From the NCBI GenBank assembly GCA_047285305.1, contig JBJBDL010000003.1, positions 672,001 through 736,000 on the forward strand: a DNA stretch of 64,000 nt. The letters are read 5' to 3'. This document shows positions 21,454 through 31,979 of the stretch, one piece after another. Under the pieces are notes generated by a model. The model did no database searches. It had not been told where the DNA came from and was given only the letters and a program-made list of their open reading frames with translations. The translations under genes and the position numbers were made by a program. This stretch comes from Synechococcus sp. Lineage in GTDB: Bacteria; Cyanobacteriota; Cyanobacteriia; PCC-6307; Cyanobiaceae. Position 1 is the stretch's first letter. Each line of letters opens with the position of its first letter.

Positions 21454-23781
21454 GTGAGCCCTTTGGTTCAGACAGTCGTCCTGGATGTGGAAGGGATGAA
21501 ATGCGGCGGTTGCGTCCGCGCTGTGGAAACCACCCTGCTGGATCAACCCGGTGTTCAGCGCGCCGATGTGAATCTGGTCAGCCGCTCGGCCTGGCTCGAT
21601 CTCGCTGCCGGTGAGAGTGATGTGGATGGTGTCTTGAAAGCCCTGGCAGACAGGGGCTTCCCGGCCAAGGAGCGTTCCCTGGATGCCCCGATCGGAGCGG
21701 TGGCTGCCGGTCAGGCGCTGCCGGGCTGGTGGCAGCAATGGCGACAGCTGATGGTGGCCCTGGTGCTGCTGTTGCTGTCGGTGCTGGGGCATCTCAGCGA
21801 GGCAGGTCACCTGTCGCTTCCCTTGATCGGCAGCCTGTCTTTTCATGCCACGCTGGCCACGCTGGCTCTGCTGGGGCCGGGCCGTCCGATCCTGGTGGGT
21901 GGTGTTGCGTCGGCTCGCGCAGGGGCCCCCAGCATGGATTCCCTCGTGGGCCTGGGGGTGAGCAGTGCCTATGTGGCCAGCCTGGTGGCCTTGGTCTGGC
22001 CCCAGGTGGGTTGGCCCTGTTTTTTCAACGAACCGGTGATGTTGCTCGGGTTCGTCTTGCTGGGACGTTTCCTGGAAGAACGAGCCCGCTTCCGCACTGG
22101 TCAGGCCTTGCAGCAGCTAGCTGAGCTCCAGCCGGACACGGCGCGCCTGCTGTTGAGCGACGGGGCGATTCGTGAGGTGCGCGTTGGCGCTCTCAGGCCC
22201 GGGGAAACCGTGCAGTTGCTGGCCGGTGACCGCATTCCGGTGGATGGGGTGGTGCTTGAGGGGGCCTCGGCCGTTGATGTGTCCAGCCTTACCGGTGAGC
22301 CCTTGCCGCTGCAGGCGGAGCCCGGCACGGAGTTGTCCTCCGGCAGCCTCAATCTGGAGTCAAATCTGGTGCTGAAGGTCACCCGTGTCGGTGCCGAAAC
22401 CGCTCTGGCCCGGATCATTCGTCTGGTGGAGCAGGCCCAGGCCCGTCGGGCCCCCATCCAGGGCCTGGCCGATCGTGTGGCAGGCCGTTTTTGCTACGGC
22501 GTGATCGGCTTGGCCCTCGCCACGTTTTTGTTCTGGTGGTTGTTCGGTGCCCAGCACTGGCCTGAAGTTCTGCAGGCTTCAGCGCCTGGGATGCCAATGA
22601 CCCATGCGATGTCCCATGGGATGGGTCATGGGCATGGGATGCATCACGGCGGCTTGGGCAGTGGAGCCAGCACTTCGATGGGTCTGGCCCTGCAACTGTC
22701 AATCGCTGTGCTGGTGGTCGCCTGCCCCTGTGCCCTGGGTCTGGCGACCCCCACTGTGATCACGGTGGCCACCGGCTTGGCAGCACGGCGTGGCTGGCTG
22801 TTCCGTGGTGGTGATGTGATCGAAACCGCCGCCGGTTTGGAGCATGTGGTCTTCGACAAGACCGGCACCCTCACCTTGGGTCGTCCCCTCGTGACCGATG
22901 TGTACGGGGATGACCCGGATCATTTGTTGCAGCTCGCGGCCAGCCTGGAGCAAAGCAGCCGCCATCCCTTGGCCTACGCCCTGCTGCAGGAGGCCCAGCG
23001 CCGGGAGCTCGTTCTGCGGGAATGCGAAGACGTTCGCACCGTCTCCGGCCAGGGCCTCGAGGGCCACGTGGACGGTGCATCGGCTCGGGTGCGTGTTGGC
23101 AAGCCCGACTGGTTGGAGGGGCAGGGTGTTGCCATCTCCCCCGCCGCTCAGGACTGGCTCTCTGCCGCTGAAGGTTCGGTGGTGGCTGTTGCTGTGGGAG
23201 CTGTCCTGGTGGGCCTGGTGCAGATCGAGGACCAGCTGCGCCCTGATGTTGCCCCGGCGTTGCAACGCCTGCGCTCTCACGGTCTGGCACTTTCGGTGTT
23301 CAGTGGTGATCGGCAGGCGGCTGTACAGCGCCTTGGTCAGCAGCTGGGCTTTGCCGCCAAGGATCTGGGCTGGCAGATGCTGCCGGAGCAGAAGCTGCAG
23401 CGCCTCGAGCAGCTGCGGGAGGCGGAGCGGGTTGCAATGGTGGGCGACGGCATCAACGATGCGCCGGCCCTGGCCGCGGCTGATCTTGGGATTGCCATTG
23501 GCACTGGAACCCAGATCGCTCAAGACTCCGCTGGTCTGGTGTTGCTCGGCGATCGGCTCGACAATCTGCCCGAAGCCCTCAGCCTGGCGCGCCGCACCCT
23601 GGTGAAGGTGCGGCAGAACCTGTTCTGGGCCTTCGGTTACAACCTCATTGTTCTCCCGGTGGCCGCCGGTGCCCTGCTCCCCAGCCATGGGGTGCTGCTG
23701 TCGCCCCCGTTGGCGGCGCTGTTGATGGCCCTGAGTTCGATCACTGTGGTGCTCAACGCCCTGGCTCTTCGGTTGCCATGA
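21454..23781 (+). CDS. Cu(I)-type P1B ATPase (CtaA/PacS family)
   Basis: GMKCGGC metal-binding domain, [27 protein letters not shown]/MxxSS motifs. Confidence 0.93.
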   Translation: MSPLVQTVVLDVEGMKCGGCVRAVETTLLDQPGVQRADVNLVSRSAWLDLAAGESDVDGVLKALADRGFPAKERSLDAPIGAVAAGQALPGWWQQWRQLMVALVLLLLSVLGHLSEAGHLSLPLIGSLSFHATLATLALLGPGRPILVGGVASARAGAPSMDSLVGLGVSSAYVASLVALVWPQVGWPCFFNEPVMLLGFVLLGRFLEERARFRTGQALQQLAELQPDTARLLLSDGAIREVRVGALRPGETVQLLAGDRIPVDGVVLEGASAVDVSSLTGEPLPLQAEPGTELSSGSLNLESNLVLKVTRVGAETALARIIRLVEQAQARRAPIQGLADRVAGRFCYGVIGLALATFLFWWLFGAQHWPEVLQASAPGMPMTHAMSHGMGHGHGMHHGGLGSGASTSMGLALQLSIAVLVVACPCALGLATPTVITVATGLAARRGWLFRGGDVIETAAGLEHVVFDKTGTLTLGRPLVTDVYGDDPDHLLQLAASLEQSSRHPLAYALLQEAQRRELVLRECEDVRTVSGQGLEGHVDGASARVRVGKPDWLEGQGVAISPAAQDWLSAAEGSVVAVAVGAVLVGLVQIEDQLRPDVAPALQRLRSHGLALSVFSGDRQAAVQRLGQQLGFAAKDLGWQMLPEQKLQRLEQLREAERVAMVGDGINDAPALAAADLGIAIGTGTQIAQDSAGLVLLGDRLDNLPEALSLARRTLVKVRQNLFWAFGYNLIVLPVAAGALLPSHGVLLSPPLAALLMALSSITVVLNALALRLP

Positions 23782-24407
23782 CAGGTCGCTTCATTGTTTT
23801 GGAGGGCATCGACGGCTGCGGCAAGACCACGCAGATCCAGCACCTGGTCCAGTGGTTGCCCAACAGCGGTCTGATGCCGAAGGGCGCTGCTGTGGTCTGC
23901 ACCCGTGAGCCCGGAGGCACTCCTCTGGGGCGCTCGATCCGTGAACTCCTGCTGCACACGGCAGACCTGGAGGCACCAGCTCCCACCGCTGAACTGTTGC
24001 TGTATGCCGCCGATCGGGCTCAGCATGTTGAAACGCTGATTCGTCCTGCTCTGGAGCGTGGAGATTGGGTGATCAGCGATCGTTTCTCGGGATCGACCCT
24101 TGCCTATCAAGGCTATGGCCGTGGGTTGGATCGGGACTTGATTCAGCGGCTCGAACGGATCGCCACCACAGGGTTGCAGCCCGATCTCACCCTCTGGCTG
24201 CGCCTTTCCGTTCAAGAGAGCCTGCAGCGCCGTCTCGGGGACAAAGAGGATCGCATCGAAGCCGAGGGGGCCGCATTCCTGGAGCGGGTTGCAGAGGGTT
24301 TTGCCGAGTTAGCCCAGCAGCGCTCCTGGCGCGCCGTCGCTGCAGATCAGTCAGCCAGCGCCGTTCGTGCTGCTCTGGAACGTCAGCTTCAGGAGCATCT
24401 GGCTTGA
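23778..24407 (+). CDS. tmk: Thymidylate kinase
   Basis: EGIDGCGKTT, REPGG, DRFSGST.AYQG. Confidence 0.96.
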   Translation: MTGRFIVLEGIDGCGKTTQIQHLVQWLPNSGLMPKGAAVVCTREPGGTPLGRSIRELLLHTADLEAPAPTAELLLYAADRAQHVETLIRPALERGDWVISDRFSGSTLAYQGYGRGLDRDLIQRLERIATTGLQPDLTLWLRLSVQESLQRRLGDKEDRIEAEGAAFLERVAEGFAELAQQRSWRAVAADQSASAVRAALERQLQEHLA

Positions 24408-25348
24408 GCGCTTTGTTTGGGGATCTGATCGGCCAGTCCCTCGCCATTGATCTGCTTTCGGCGGCCCTGGCCCAGAAACGAGTGGCCCCGGCTTATCTCT
24501 TTGCCGGCCCTGAAGGGGTGGGACGTCAGTTGGCGGCGGTGCGTTTTCTGGAGGGACTGCTGGCCGATGGTCAGCCCTCGGCCCGGGAACGCCGACGCCT
24601 CCTGGAACGCAATCACCCCGACCTGCTCTGGGTGGAACCCACCTATCAGCATCAGGGCCGTTTGCTGACTTGCGCCGAAGCCGAGGAGGCGGGGCTCAGC
24701 CGCCGCACTCCGCCCCAGTTGCGCTTGGAGCAGATCCGCGACATCGGGCGCTGTCTGGCCCGGCAGCCGGTGGAGGCGAAGCGCGGGATGATTGTGATTG
24801 AGGCTGCTGAGGCGATGGCGGAAGCGTCGGCCAATGCCCTCTTGAAAACGCTGGAGGAACCCGGCCACGGGGTGCTGATTCTGTTGACCTCAGCCCCCGA
24901 GCGGTTGCTCAGCACAATTCGCTCCCGCTGTCAGTTGATCCGTTTCCTTCGGCTCAACCCCGAGGCCATGGCTCAGGTGCTCGAGCGCAACGGTGCAATC
25001 TCTCAAGATTCCCCGGAACTTCTGGCCTTGGCTGCCGGGTCTCCAGGCGCCCTGATCGACCATCGCCGCAGCCTGGCTGGTCTGCCCGAGGAGTTGGTTC
25101 AGCGCCTCGATTCGATTCCCGCCACTCCAATGGAGGCACTTGCGTTGGCACGCGATCTCTGCGAAGCCCTCGATGGCGGGCAGCAGCTGTGGTTGATTGG
25201 CTGGTGGCAACACCGGCTTTGGCTCTCCGGCAGTTCTGCCTCAAGCCTCAAGCGTTTGGACAAGCTGCGCGGCCAGCTGCTTTCATTCGTTCAGCCGCGA
25301 TTGGCCTGGGAGGTGGCGCTGCTCGATCTCACGCCATCCGTCTCTTAG
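24404..25348 (+). CDS. holB: DNA polymerase III delta' subunit
   Basis: AYLFAGPEGVGR, HPDL, ANALLKTLEEP, TIRSRC; TTG start overlapping the tmk stop. Confidence 0.92.
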   Translation: MSALFGDLIGQSLAIDLLSAALAQKRVAPAYLFAGPEGVGRQLAAVRFLEGLLADGQPSARERRRLLERNHPDLLWVEPTYQHQGRLLTCAEAEEAGLSRRTPPQLRLEQIRDIGRCLARQPVEAKRGMIVIEAAEAMAEASANALLKTLEEPGHGVLILLTSAPERLLSTIRSRCQLIRFLRLNPEAMAQVLERNGAISQDSPELLALAAGSPGALIDHRRSLAGLPEELVQRLDSIPATPMEALALARDLCEALDGGQQLWLIGWWQHRLWLSGSSASSLKRLDKLRGQLLSFVQPRLAWEVALLDLTPSVS

Positions 25349-25363
25349 GTGCATTAAGGACGA

Positions 25364-26152
25364 TCAAGCCGAGGCTCGATCGCCTTGCTGTTTGCGCTCT
25401 TCGCGTGCCATGGCCACCACGTCCTCCAGGCCATCCATCTGGGAGCTGGTGGGCAGTTCCAGGCAATAACCCGCTCCGTACACCGTCTTGATGAATCGTG
25501 GTTTTCGGGGATCGGGTTCCAGCTTGGTGCGCAGGTGTCTGACGTGCACGCGAATGGTCTCGATGTCGTCATCAGGCTCGTAGCCCCACACTTCCTTGAG
25601 GATCAACGAGGGCGCCACGGTTTGCCCTTGACGCTGCAGCAGGCAATGAAGCAGTTCGAACTCCAGGTGCGTGAGCCGCACTGGTTGATCAAACCAGATG
25701 GCTTCAAAGCGCTCGGGCACCAGGGTGAGAGGCCCGTAGCTGAGGATCTCGTTGTGGTTGCTGGTTCCAACAGGAGCTCGGTCACTCCGACGCAGCAGGG
25801 CTTTGACCCTCACCTGAAGTTCTTCCAGGTCGAAGGGTTTGGTCAGGTAATCGTCGGCTCCGGAATTGAAACCGCTCACTTTGTCTTTGGTGCCGCCGAG
25901 AGCCGTGAGCATCAGGATCGGAATCCCAGCGGTGCGGTCGTCACGCCGTAAGCGCTGACACAGGGTGAGGCCATCCACTTTGGGCAGCATCAGATCCAGC
26001 AGGATCAGATCCGGGGTGTATTGCAGTGCCAGGGCCTGACCTTTGATGCCATCGTCGGCGCGCTGTACATCGAAGCCGCTGTGCTCCAAATGGCCACTCA
26101 CCAGGTCGCGCATGTCCTGGTCATCTTCGATTAGCAGGATGCAGGGCTTCAT
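25364..26152 (-). CDS. rpaA: OmpR-family response regulator RpaA
   Basis: [46 protein letters not shown]. Confidence 0.93.
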   Translation of the reverse strand: MKPCILLIEDDQDMRDLVSGHLEHSGFDVQRADDGIKGQALALQYTPDLILLDLMLPKVDGLTLCQRLRRDDRTAGIPILMLTALGGTKDKVSGFNSGADDYLTKPFDLEELQVRVKALLRRSDRAPVGTSNHNEILSYGPLTLVPERFEAIWFDQPVRLTHLEFELLHCLLQRQGQTVAPSLILKEVWGYEPDDDIETIRVHVRHLRTKLEPDPRKPRFIKTVYGAGYCLELPTSSQMDGLEDVVAMAREERKQQGDRASA

Positions 26153-26401
26153 CGGTTCGGCGACAATTCGGCTGGATAAATGACGAGCGCTTGTCTGTAG
26201 GGATTAACGCTGAACGGATTCTCTCAAGCTTTTCGACTGTCTGCAGATTTTCAACAAGGAGCTCATCGGGGGCATGGTTGCCTCAAATCGCAGGTGGGAA
26301 CAGCGATCTGGGGTTTTTTTTGCTTGTCTTTCGCCGGTAGCTGTTTAGGAAGTCTTCCGGTTCGGGCAATCACCCGTCACGAAATTCCTTTTTTCGTCAA
26401 T

Positions 26402-26428
26402 AAAAAGCCACAGCGAAAGCTGTGGCTT
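26402..26428 (-). terminator. Intrinsic terminator of tRNA-Asn
   Basis: AAGCCACAGC-tttc-GCTGTGGCTT followed by a T-run on the minus strand. Confidence 0.8.
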
Positions 26429-26433
26429 GAAAG

Positions 26434-26505
26434 CTCCCCGGGCGGGATTCGAACCTGCGACCAATCGATTAACAGTCGACCGCTCTACCGCTGAGCTACC
26501 GAGGA
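26434..26505 (-). tRNA. tRNA-Asn(GTT)
   Basis: Reverse complement is TCCTCGGTAGCTCAGCGGTAGAGCGGTCGACTGTTAATCGATTGGTCGCAGGTTCGAATCCCGCCCGGGGAG: cloverleaf, GTT anticodon, GGTTCGAATC T-loop, no encoded CCA. Confidence 0.97.
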
Positions 26506-26521
26506 ATGAGACCAAATGAAC

Positions 26522-27211
26522 TTACCCCTCGGATGTGCCCCCCTGCAAGCGCCGTTGCAGTTCTGTTCCCCGGGTCCATGGTCCAATTCGACCGTTTTGC
26601 ATGCGAGCGGCCCCATCGGCGAAGGCCAATTCCCCAAGCCTGTGGGTGATCCACAGTGCCGTGATCGGCTTCACGGGGTCTTTGCAAAGCCGTTGCACTG
26701 TGATCAGCACCTTTGTTTGGCTGCTGGGATCGAGCAGGGCGGTCGGTTCATCGAGCAGCAGGAGCCCGGCGTCACTGGCCAGGGCTCCTGCAATGGCCAG
26801 GCGTTGTTTTTGGCCGCCGCTGAGGCTGTGAATCGGCCGCTTCTCCAGTTGGGCGAGGCCAAGCTGGCTCAGCAGGTCGCGCACGGTGCTTAGGCGGTGC
26901 TGCTGGGGCCCTTCAGGATTCATACCCAGCATCAAATCGCTGCCGCAACTGGGTAGCAGCAGCTGATGGTCTGGGTTTTGAAACACCAAGGCCGTTTTGG
27001 TGCGGCAGGCGATGCGTCCGCTCTGGGGTTCGAGCAGTCCTGAAATCAGGCGGAACAGGGTGCTTTTGCCGCTGCCGTTGCTACCTACAAGCATCCAGAG
27101 GCCTGGGCCAGGAATGACCAGGTTGCAACGGTTGAGGGCCTGTTGGCCGCTCGGCCAGCGGTGGCTAACTGCCTCAACGCTCAGTTCGGCGGTCGAGGTG
27201 TCAGGAATCAA
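26522..27211 (-). CDS. ABC transporter ATP-binding protein (EcfA/CbiO-like)
   Basis: [35 protein letters not shown]; start uncertain (TTG 27211). Confidence 0.88.
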   Translation of the reverse strand: MIPDTSTAELSVEAVSHRWPSGQQALNRCNLVIPGPGLWMLVGSNGSGKSTLFRLISGLLEPQSGRIACRTKTALVFQNPDHQLLLPSCGSDLMLGMNPEGPQQHRLSTVRDLLSQLGLAQLEKRPIHSLSGGQKQRLAIAGALASDAGLLLLDEPTALLDPSSQTKVLITVQRLCKDPVKPITALWITHRLGELAFADGAARMQNGRIGPWTRGTELQRRLQGGTSEG

Positions 27212-27464
27212 AGGAAAAGCCTGGACGCTTGCTGCCACCCGCTGCCGAAGCTTTTTCATAAAGCTGAACGGCAAGAACCTCACTGACAAGCAGCGTTACT
27301 TTCTTGCCTTCCACTTTCTCGCAGGTGAGCTCCAGCAGCCTCGGTTGGCCGTTCTCGAGGGCCTGGCGAATCTGCTGGTACAGCGCATCGGCATCTGCAT
27401 GCTCCTTGCGCTGAACAGACACCGGGACAGGACTCATGCGCAGGGCCAATTCGATGACGTACAC
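27201..27464 (-). CDS. Conserved small cyanobacterial protein (UPF0367-like)
   Basis: (M)[20 protein letters not shown]...LELTCEK...KRPGF; GTG start at 27464. Confidence 0.8.
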   Translation of the reverse strand: MYVIELALRMSPVPVSVQRKEHADADALYQQIRQALENGQPRLLELTCEKVEGKKVTLLVSEVLAVQLYEKASAAGGSKRPGFSFDS

Positions 27465-27628
27465 AGCGTTGGAAAGAAGCGATGCGTCATCTTCGCGGAG
27501 GGACCGGCATCCCGTCGGTCCAAAAATGCGCATTTCTACTCATCCCCTCGAAAAGGGCGTGGGGAGCCGCCCCATTTCGGTGATCACCCCCTAGGCTCAG
27601 CCGTGTAACGGATCATGAAGCACCTCTC

Positions 27629-28684
27629 ATGACGATCGCTGTAGGACGCGCGCCACAGCGGGGATGGTTTGACGTCCTCGATGACTGGCTCAAGCGCGAC
27701 CGCTTCGTTTTTGTCGGCTGGTCCGGCATTCTTCTCCTCCCAACGGCCTACTTGGCCATCGGTGGCTGGCTGACAGGCACCACCTTTGTTACCTCCTGGT
27801 ACACCCACGGCATTGCCTCTTCGTACCTGGAAGGTTGCAACTTCCTGACCGCTGCTGTGTCAACCCCCGCTGATGCGATGGGTCACAGCCTGCTGCTGCT
27901 CTGGGGCCCTGAAGCTCAGGGCGACTTCGTTCGCTGGTGTCAACTCGGTGGCCTCTGGGCCTTCGTGGCCCTGCACGGCGCCTTCGCACTGATCGGCTTC
28001 ATGCTCCGTCAGTTCGAGATCGCCCGTCTGGTCGGCATCCGCCCTTACAACGCCATCGCCTTCTCCGGACCGATCGCGGTGTTCGTCAGTGTCTTCCTGA
28101 TGTATCCCCTCGGCCAGAGCAGCTGGTTCTTCGCGCCCTCCTTCGGTGTGGCTGCGATCTTCCGCTTCCTTCTCTTCCTTCAGGGCTTCCACAACTGGAC
28201 CCTGAACCCCTTCCACATGATGGGCGTCGCCGGCATCCTCGGCGGTGCACTGCTTTGCGCCATTCACGGCGCCACCGTGGAAAACACCCTGTTTGAGGAC
28301 GGTGAGCAGGCCAACACCTTCAAGGCGTTCGAGCCCACCCAGGAAGAAGAGACCTATTCGATGGTCACCGCCAACCGCTTCTGGAGTCAGATCTTCGGTA
28401 TCGCCTTCTCCAACAAGCGCTGGCTGCACTTCTTCATGCTGTTCGTGCCTGTAATGGGCCTGTGGACCAGCTCCATCGGCATCATCGGCTTGGCCCTCAA
28501 CCTGCGCGCCTATGACTTCGTGTCACAGGAAATCCGCGCTGCAGAAGATCCCGAATTTGAGACCTTCTACACCAAGAACATCCTTCTAAATGAAGGTCTG
28601 CGTGCCTGGATGGCACCGGCTGACCAGCCGCACGAAAACTTCGTCTTCCCTGAAGAGGTTCTGCCTCGCGGCAACGCCCTCTAA
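27629..28684 (+). CDS. psbD: Photosystem II D2 protein; monocistronic copy, not followed by psbC
   Basis: Canonical D2 sequence MTIAVGR...[10 protein letters not shown]. Confidence 0.99.
   Translation: MTIAVGRAPQRGWFDVLDDWLKRDRFVFVGWSGILLLPTAYLAIGGWLTGTTFVTSWYTHGIASSYLEGCNFLTAAVSTPADAMGHSLLLLWGPEAQGDFVRWCQLGGLWAFVALHGAFALIGFMLRQFEIARLVGIRPYNAIAFSGPIAVFVSVFLMYPLGQSSWFFAPSFGVAAIFRFLLFLQGFHNWTLNPFHMMGVAGILGGALLCAIHGATVENTLFEDGEQANTFKAFEPTQEEETYSMVTANRFWSQIFGIAFSNKRWLHFFMLFVPVMGLWTSSIGIIGLALNLRAYDFVSQEIRAAEDPEFETFYTKNILLNEGLRAWMAPADQPHENFVFPEEVLPRGNAL
28137..28601 (+). repeat. Copy 1 of a 465-bp direct repeat (internal psbD segment)
   Basis: Manual alignment with 29578-30042 shows one mismatch (28558 T vs 29999 C). 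Confidence 0.95.
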
Positions 28685-28706
28685 TCGCAGGTTCGATGAT
28701 TCCTTC

Positions 28707-28732
28707 AACCGCCCAACTGGGCGGTTTTTTTT
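28707..28732 (+). terminator. psbD intrinsic terminator
   Basis: AACCGCCC-aact-GGGCGGTT followed by a T-run. Confidence 0.85.
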
Positions 28733-28734
28733 GT

Positions 28735-29475
28735 TCAGTTGCTGTCTGAATCAGTACCCAGACGCAAGGTGAGATCAAGGCTGTTGCGTTGATCGAGCAG
28801 CGCTCGCAACAGTGCATCGATGAGCAGAATGATGCCAAGCAGTTCCAACGCTTCTTCCAAACCTGTAATGGCGCCATACCAGGGGCTATGCAGGCGGATC
28901 AGGCTGGATCGAACGGCGAAGCTGCCGATCATTTCCACGCCGATGGCACCGCCGATGTAGACGGCACCTGATCGCAGCAACCGTGATGCCGTTGCTCGGG
29001 AGATTGAGCCGAGGAAGCGGCGAAAGCGCCACAGCAGGATGAGGGCGAGGACGGCGTAAGGCACCACCCAGGTGGATGCCAGAGCTGGATGCACATGGTG
29101 CCTGAGCCCTGGAATGATCAGGATTTCGTGGATCTGAAGGGCTTCGTCGAATGCCAGAAAGATGAAAATCTTCGAGAGCAAACGCCAGTCCTGGGCATCG
29201 ATGCGATCGCTGCTCTGCCCCAGTCGTTGCATCAAAAGGGCCGCCATCAGCAAAAGCGCGCTGCTGAACAGGGTGGGCAGATTGAGTTCGCGGTCCATGT
29301 TGAGGCTGTCCAGCCAATATTTCTTCGCCCCGAAGCCGTAAATGCCCACTTGAACGACGCTGTGGGCAACCAATAGCCCTCCGGTGACGGCTGTCAGCAA
29401 CTTGCGGATTGACCTTGGCGTAAGGGGAATGATCCCGATCTGGTTTGGATTTGCTGTAGTGGGTTCCTTAATCAC
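28735..29475 (-). CDS. Uncharacterised polytopic membrane protein
   Basis: 246-aa ORF with about 6 hydrophobic segments; [25 protein letters not shown]. Confidence 0.8.
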
Positions 29476-29577
29476 GGTTCGCTTGTGGGGTGGATGAATT
29501 CGGGCCTCGTACTTCGTTTCTAAACCTTTGCTTTAAGAAAGGTGCTGCTTTTGGCTGTGACCTGCAAGGGGATTGCA

Positions 29578-30047
29578 CCTCCTTCGGTGTGGCTGCGATC
29601 TTCCGCTTCCTTCTCTTCCTTCAGGGCTTCCACAACTGGACCCTGAACCCCTTCCACATGATGGGCGTCGCCGGCATCCTCGGCGGTGCACTGCTTTGCG
29701 CCATTCACGGCGCCACCGTGGAAAACACCCTGTTTGAGGACGGTGAGCAGGCCAACACCTTCAAGGCGTTCGAGCCCACCCAGGAAGAAGAGACCTATTC
29801 GATGGTCACCGCCAACCGCTTCTGGAGTCAGATCTTCGGTATCGCCTTCTCCAACAAGCGCTGGCTGCACTTCTTCATGCTGTTCGTGCCTGTAATGGGC
29901 CTGTGGACCAGCTCCATCGGCATCATCGGCTTGGCCCTCAACCTGCGCGCCTATGACTTCGTGTCACAGGAAATCCGCGCTGCAGAAGATCCCGAATTCG
30001 AGACCTTCTACACCAAGAACATCCTTCTAAATGAAGGTCTGCATTAA
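29578..30047 (+). pseudogene. psbD: Internal psbD fragment (copy 2 of the repeat, 29578-30042), truncated at both ends
   Basis: Encodes SFGVAAIF...KNILLNEGL then H-stop; flanks are unrelated to psbD. Confidence 0.92.
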
Positions 30048-30289
30048 TTGAGTTGCTAAAATTTTTATAAGTTATTTGCATTTATTCTGAGCTTTAGGGT
30101 GCTCTTATTGATGATTTCTGGAAGACAATAAATGGCAAATCTGCTGCTACTGACTCGTGGTCGCTTGGCAAAAATATTCTCTAGATTAGACTTCAGTATT
30201 GCCCTCGCCTTGTTCTGAGTTCCTAAATTGCAATCAACACCTCGCTTTGCTGGGCAGTCGATATTTTTGAATCTAAAAAGTAATTAAAT

Positions 30290-31921
30290 TTGGTTACAAA
30301 TAATCTTTTTGTGCCATATGTGCTTACGCTTATATTCCATGACTACCTTAAGAAGTTGATGCCTATACGCGATTTAAACTCAAAAATCTCACTTAAAGTA
30401 GTGTTTATATTCTATATCGTGATTACACTGGTTGGCGTCTCTTCACATGTGCTCTGGCGTGATGAGATGCAGGGTTGGTTAGTAGCAGTAGGAAGCTCAA
30501 ATGTTTTTGAGCTGTGGAATAATAATGCTCCATCTGGACACCCTATAGTTTACCCATTATTAACGTTTATTTCTTCATTGATATATGCAAATCCTTTGTC
30601 CATGCAGCTAATGCAATGGTCACTCGCCGCGATTTGTGTGTTTATCTTTTTACGACGAGCTCCTTTCTCAAAGTTTCAGAAGTTATTATTTGCATTTGGC
30701 TATTTCCCGTTTTGGGAGTATTGCCTTATCTCTAGGCACTATGTTGTAATTCAGCTTTTGTCTTTTGTCGGCGTAATTTATGTAAGCAAGAGAAAGTATA
30801 GCCTAGTTGGCATATCATTTCTTATAGCTTTGCTGCTGAATACTCATGCTCTCGCTTGGAGTATTGCAATTGGATTCTTTATTACAATAGCCGATGACTT
30901 TTTATATAAAGGATTGCGCAAAGGTGAGTGGGAGTTTTCTTTTGCAGATTCTTTGAATTACCTTTCATCTGCGATTGTTTTAATTATCGCTACATGGTTG
31001 TCATTAAATAGCCTTTTTCAGACCTCCCGAAGTATTGACAGTGCGTCCATTGATGTAAACTTGAAGTCTATTTTAGTTGCTTTTGGCAGATACTTGGGCG
31101 GTAATGTTTTAATTGTACCTAACTCCTCTCGATGGCTGGATTTATCAGTGTCAGCTTCTGTATCTGTTGCATTAATGATAGCCACTATCTTGTATATACG
31201 GTGTTCACGAAAAGCGCTATTATTCTTTTGTTCGTCTACATTTTGTTTGCTTTGCTTTAATGCTGCTGTATATAGTGGAGCAGGCTCAAGGCATTTCGGA
31301 ATTTATTTTATAATTGTAATGGCTTCGGTTTGGCTTTGTAGATCAGATCTTTCGACATTATGCAGCAGTTCGGTGATCAATGCTAAGCAGTCATATTTAA
31401 TTGAATCTAAATCTAGATTCTCGCTATTTTTATCTATCATTCTAGTCATTCATTTCTTTGCAGGGATTCATAGAGTTTCCCTTGATATTGTTTACCCATA
31501 TTCTGCGAGTAAAGAAGTTGCTACTTTTATAAGAAATTCAGAGTATGCTAATTGGCCTTTGTTTGGTTCCAGGGATGTAGAGCTTGCTTCTGTCTCGGGT
31601 TATCTTGGGAAATCAATTTATTATCCTGAAATCAATCGATTAGGTACCTTTACTGAGTGGGTTAATCGGAATTCATCATTAAGCAGAGAGAACTCATTGG
31701 ATTATATTCAAGAATACATGGATTCACATCCAAATATTAATTCGTTGCTTGTAATTCTAAGCAATAGCTCAAATTTAAAGCATGATTTTGGGCGAGGCCA
31801 TTTAGAACTCTCCGATGATATATCGATTGAATTTGTCAAAAGTTTTCTTCGTTCGTATAACAAGCCAGAAAGATACTATATTTATAAAGTTGGTCGCGCT
31901 ATCAAAGTCTTGAGTGAGTGA
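30290..31921 (+). CDS. Polytopic membrane protein, putative GT-C-fold glycosyltransferase
   Basis: First TM followed by LWRDE acidic motif, GHP, RHY and many TMs; true start may be ATG 30359. Confidence 0.7.
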   Translation: MVTNNLFVPYVLTLIFHDYLKKLMPIRDLNSKISLKVVFIFYIVITLVGVSSHVLWRDEMQGWLVAVGSSNVFELWNNNAPSGHPIVYPLLTFISSLIYANPLSMQLMQWSLAAICVFIFLRRAPFSKFQKLLFAFGYFPFWEYCLISRHYVVIQLLSFVGVIYVSKRKYSLVGISFLIALLLNTHALAWSIAIGFFITIADDFLYKGLRKGEWEFSFADSLNYLSSAIVLIIATWLSLNSLFQTSRSIDSASIDVNLKSILVAFGRYLGGNVLIVPNSSRWLDLSVSASVSVALMIATILYIRCSRKALLFFCSSTFCLLCFNAAVYSGAGSRHFGIYFIIVMASVWLCRSDLSTLCSSSVINAKQSYLIESKSRFSLFLSIILVIHFFAGIHRVSLDIVYPYSASKEVATFIRNSEYANWPLFGSRDVELASVSGYLGKSIYYPEINRLGTFTEWVNRNSSLSRENSLDYIQEYMDSHPNINSLLVILSNSSNLKHDFGRGHLELSDDISIEFVKSFLRSYNKPERYYIYKVGRAIKVLSE

Positions 31922-31979
31922 TGTGCAATATCCTGTATCGATTCTCTGAATTTTATTGAGAGACAATCTTTCTTTCCCA

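Noticed and set aside
18611..26152. Proximity of rpaB and rpaA
   Set aside because: They are separated by ordinary core genes; this looks like normal synteny
26434..26505. tRNA-Asn as the integration site for the island
   Set aside because: No integrase and no duplicated tRNA 3' end seen; both flanks are core genes
28451..28591. A-ending codons (GTA, TCA, CTA) in psbD as a sign of phage-derived sequence
   Set aside because: Too few, and GTA and TCA also occur in the 5' part of the gene; needs alignment with phage alleles
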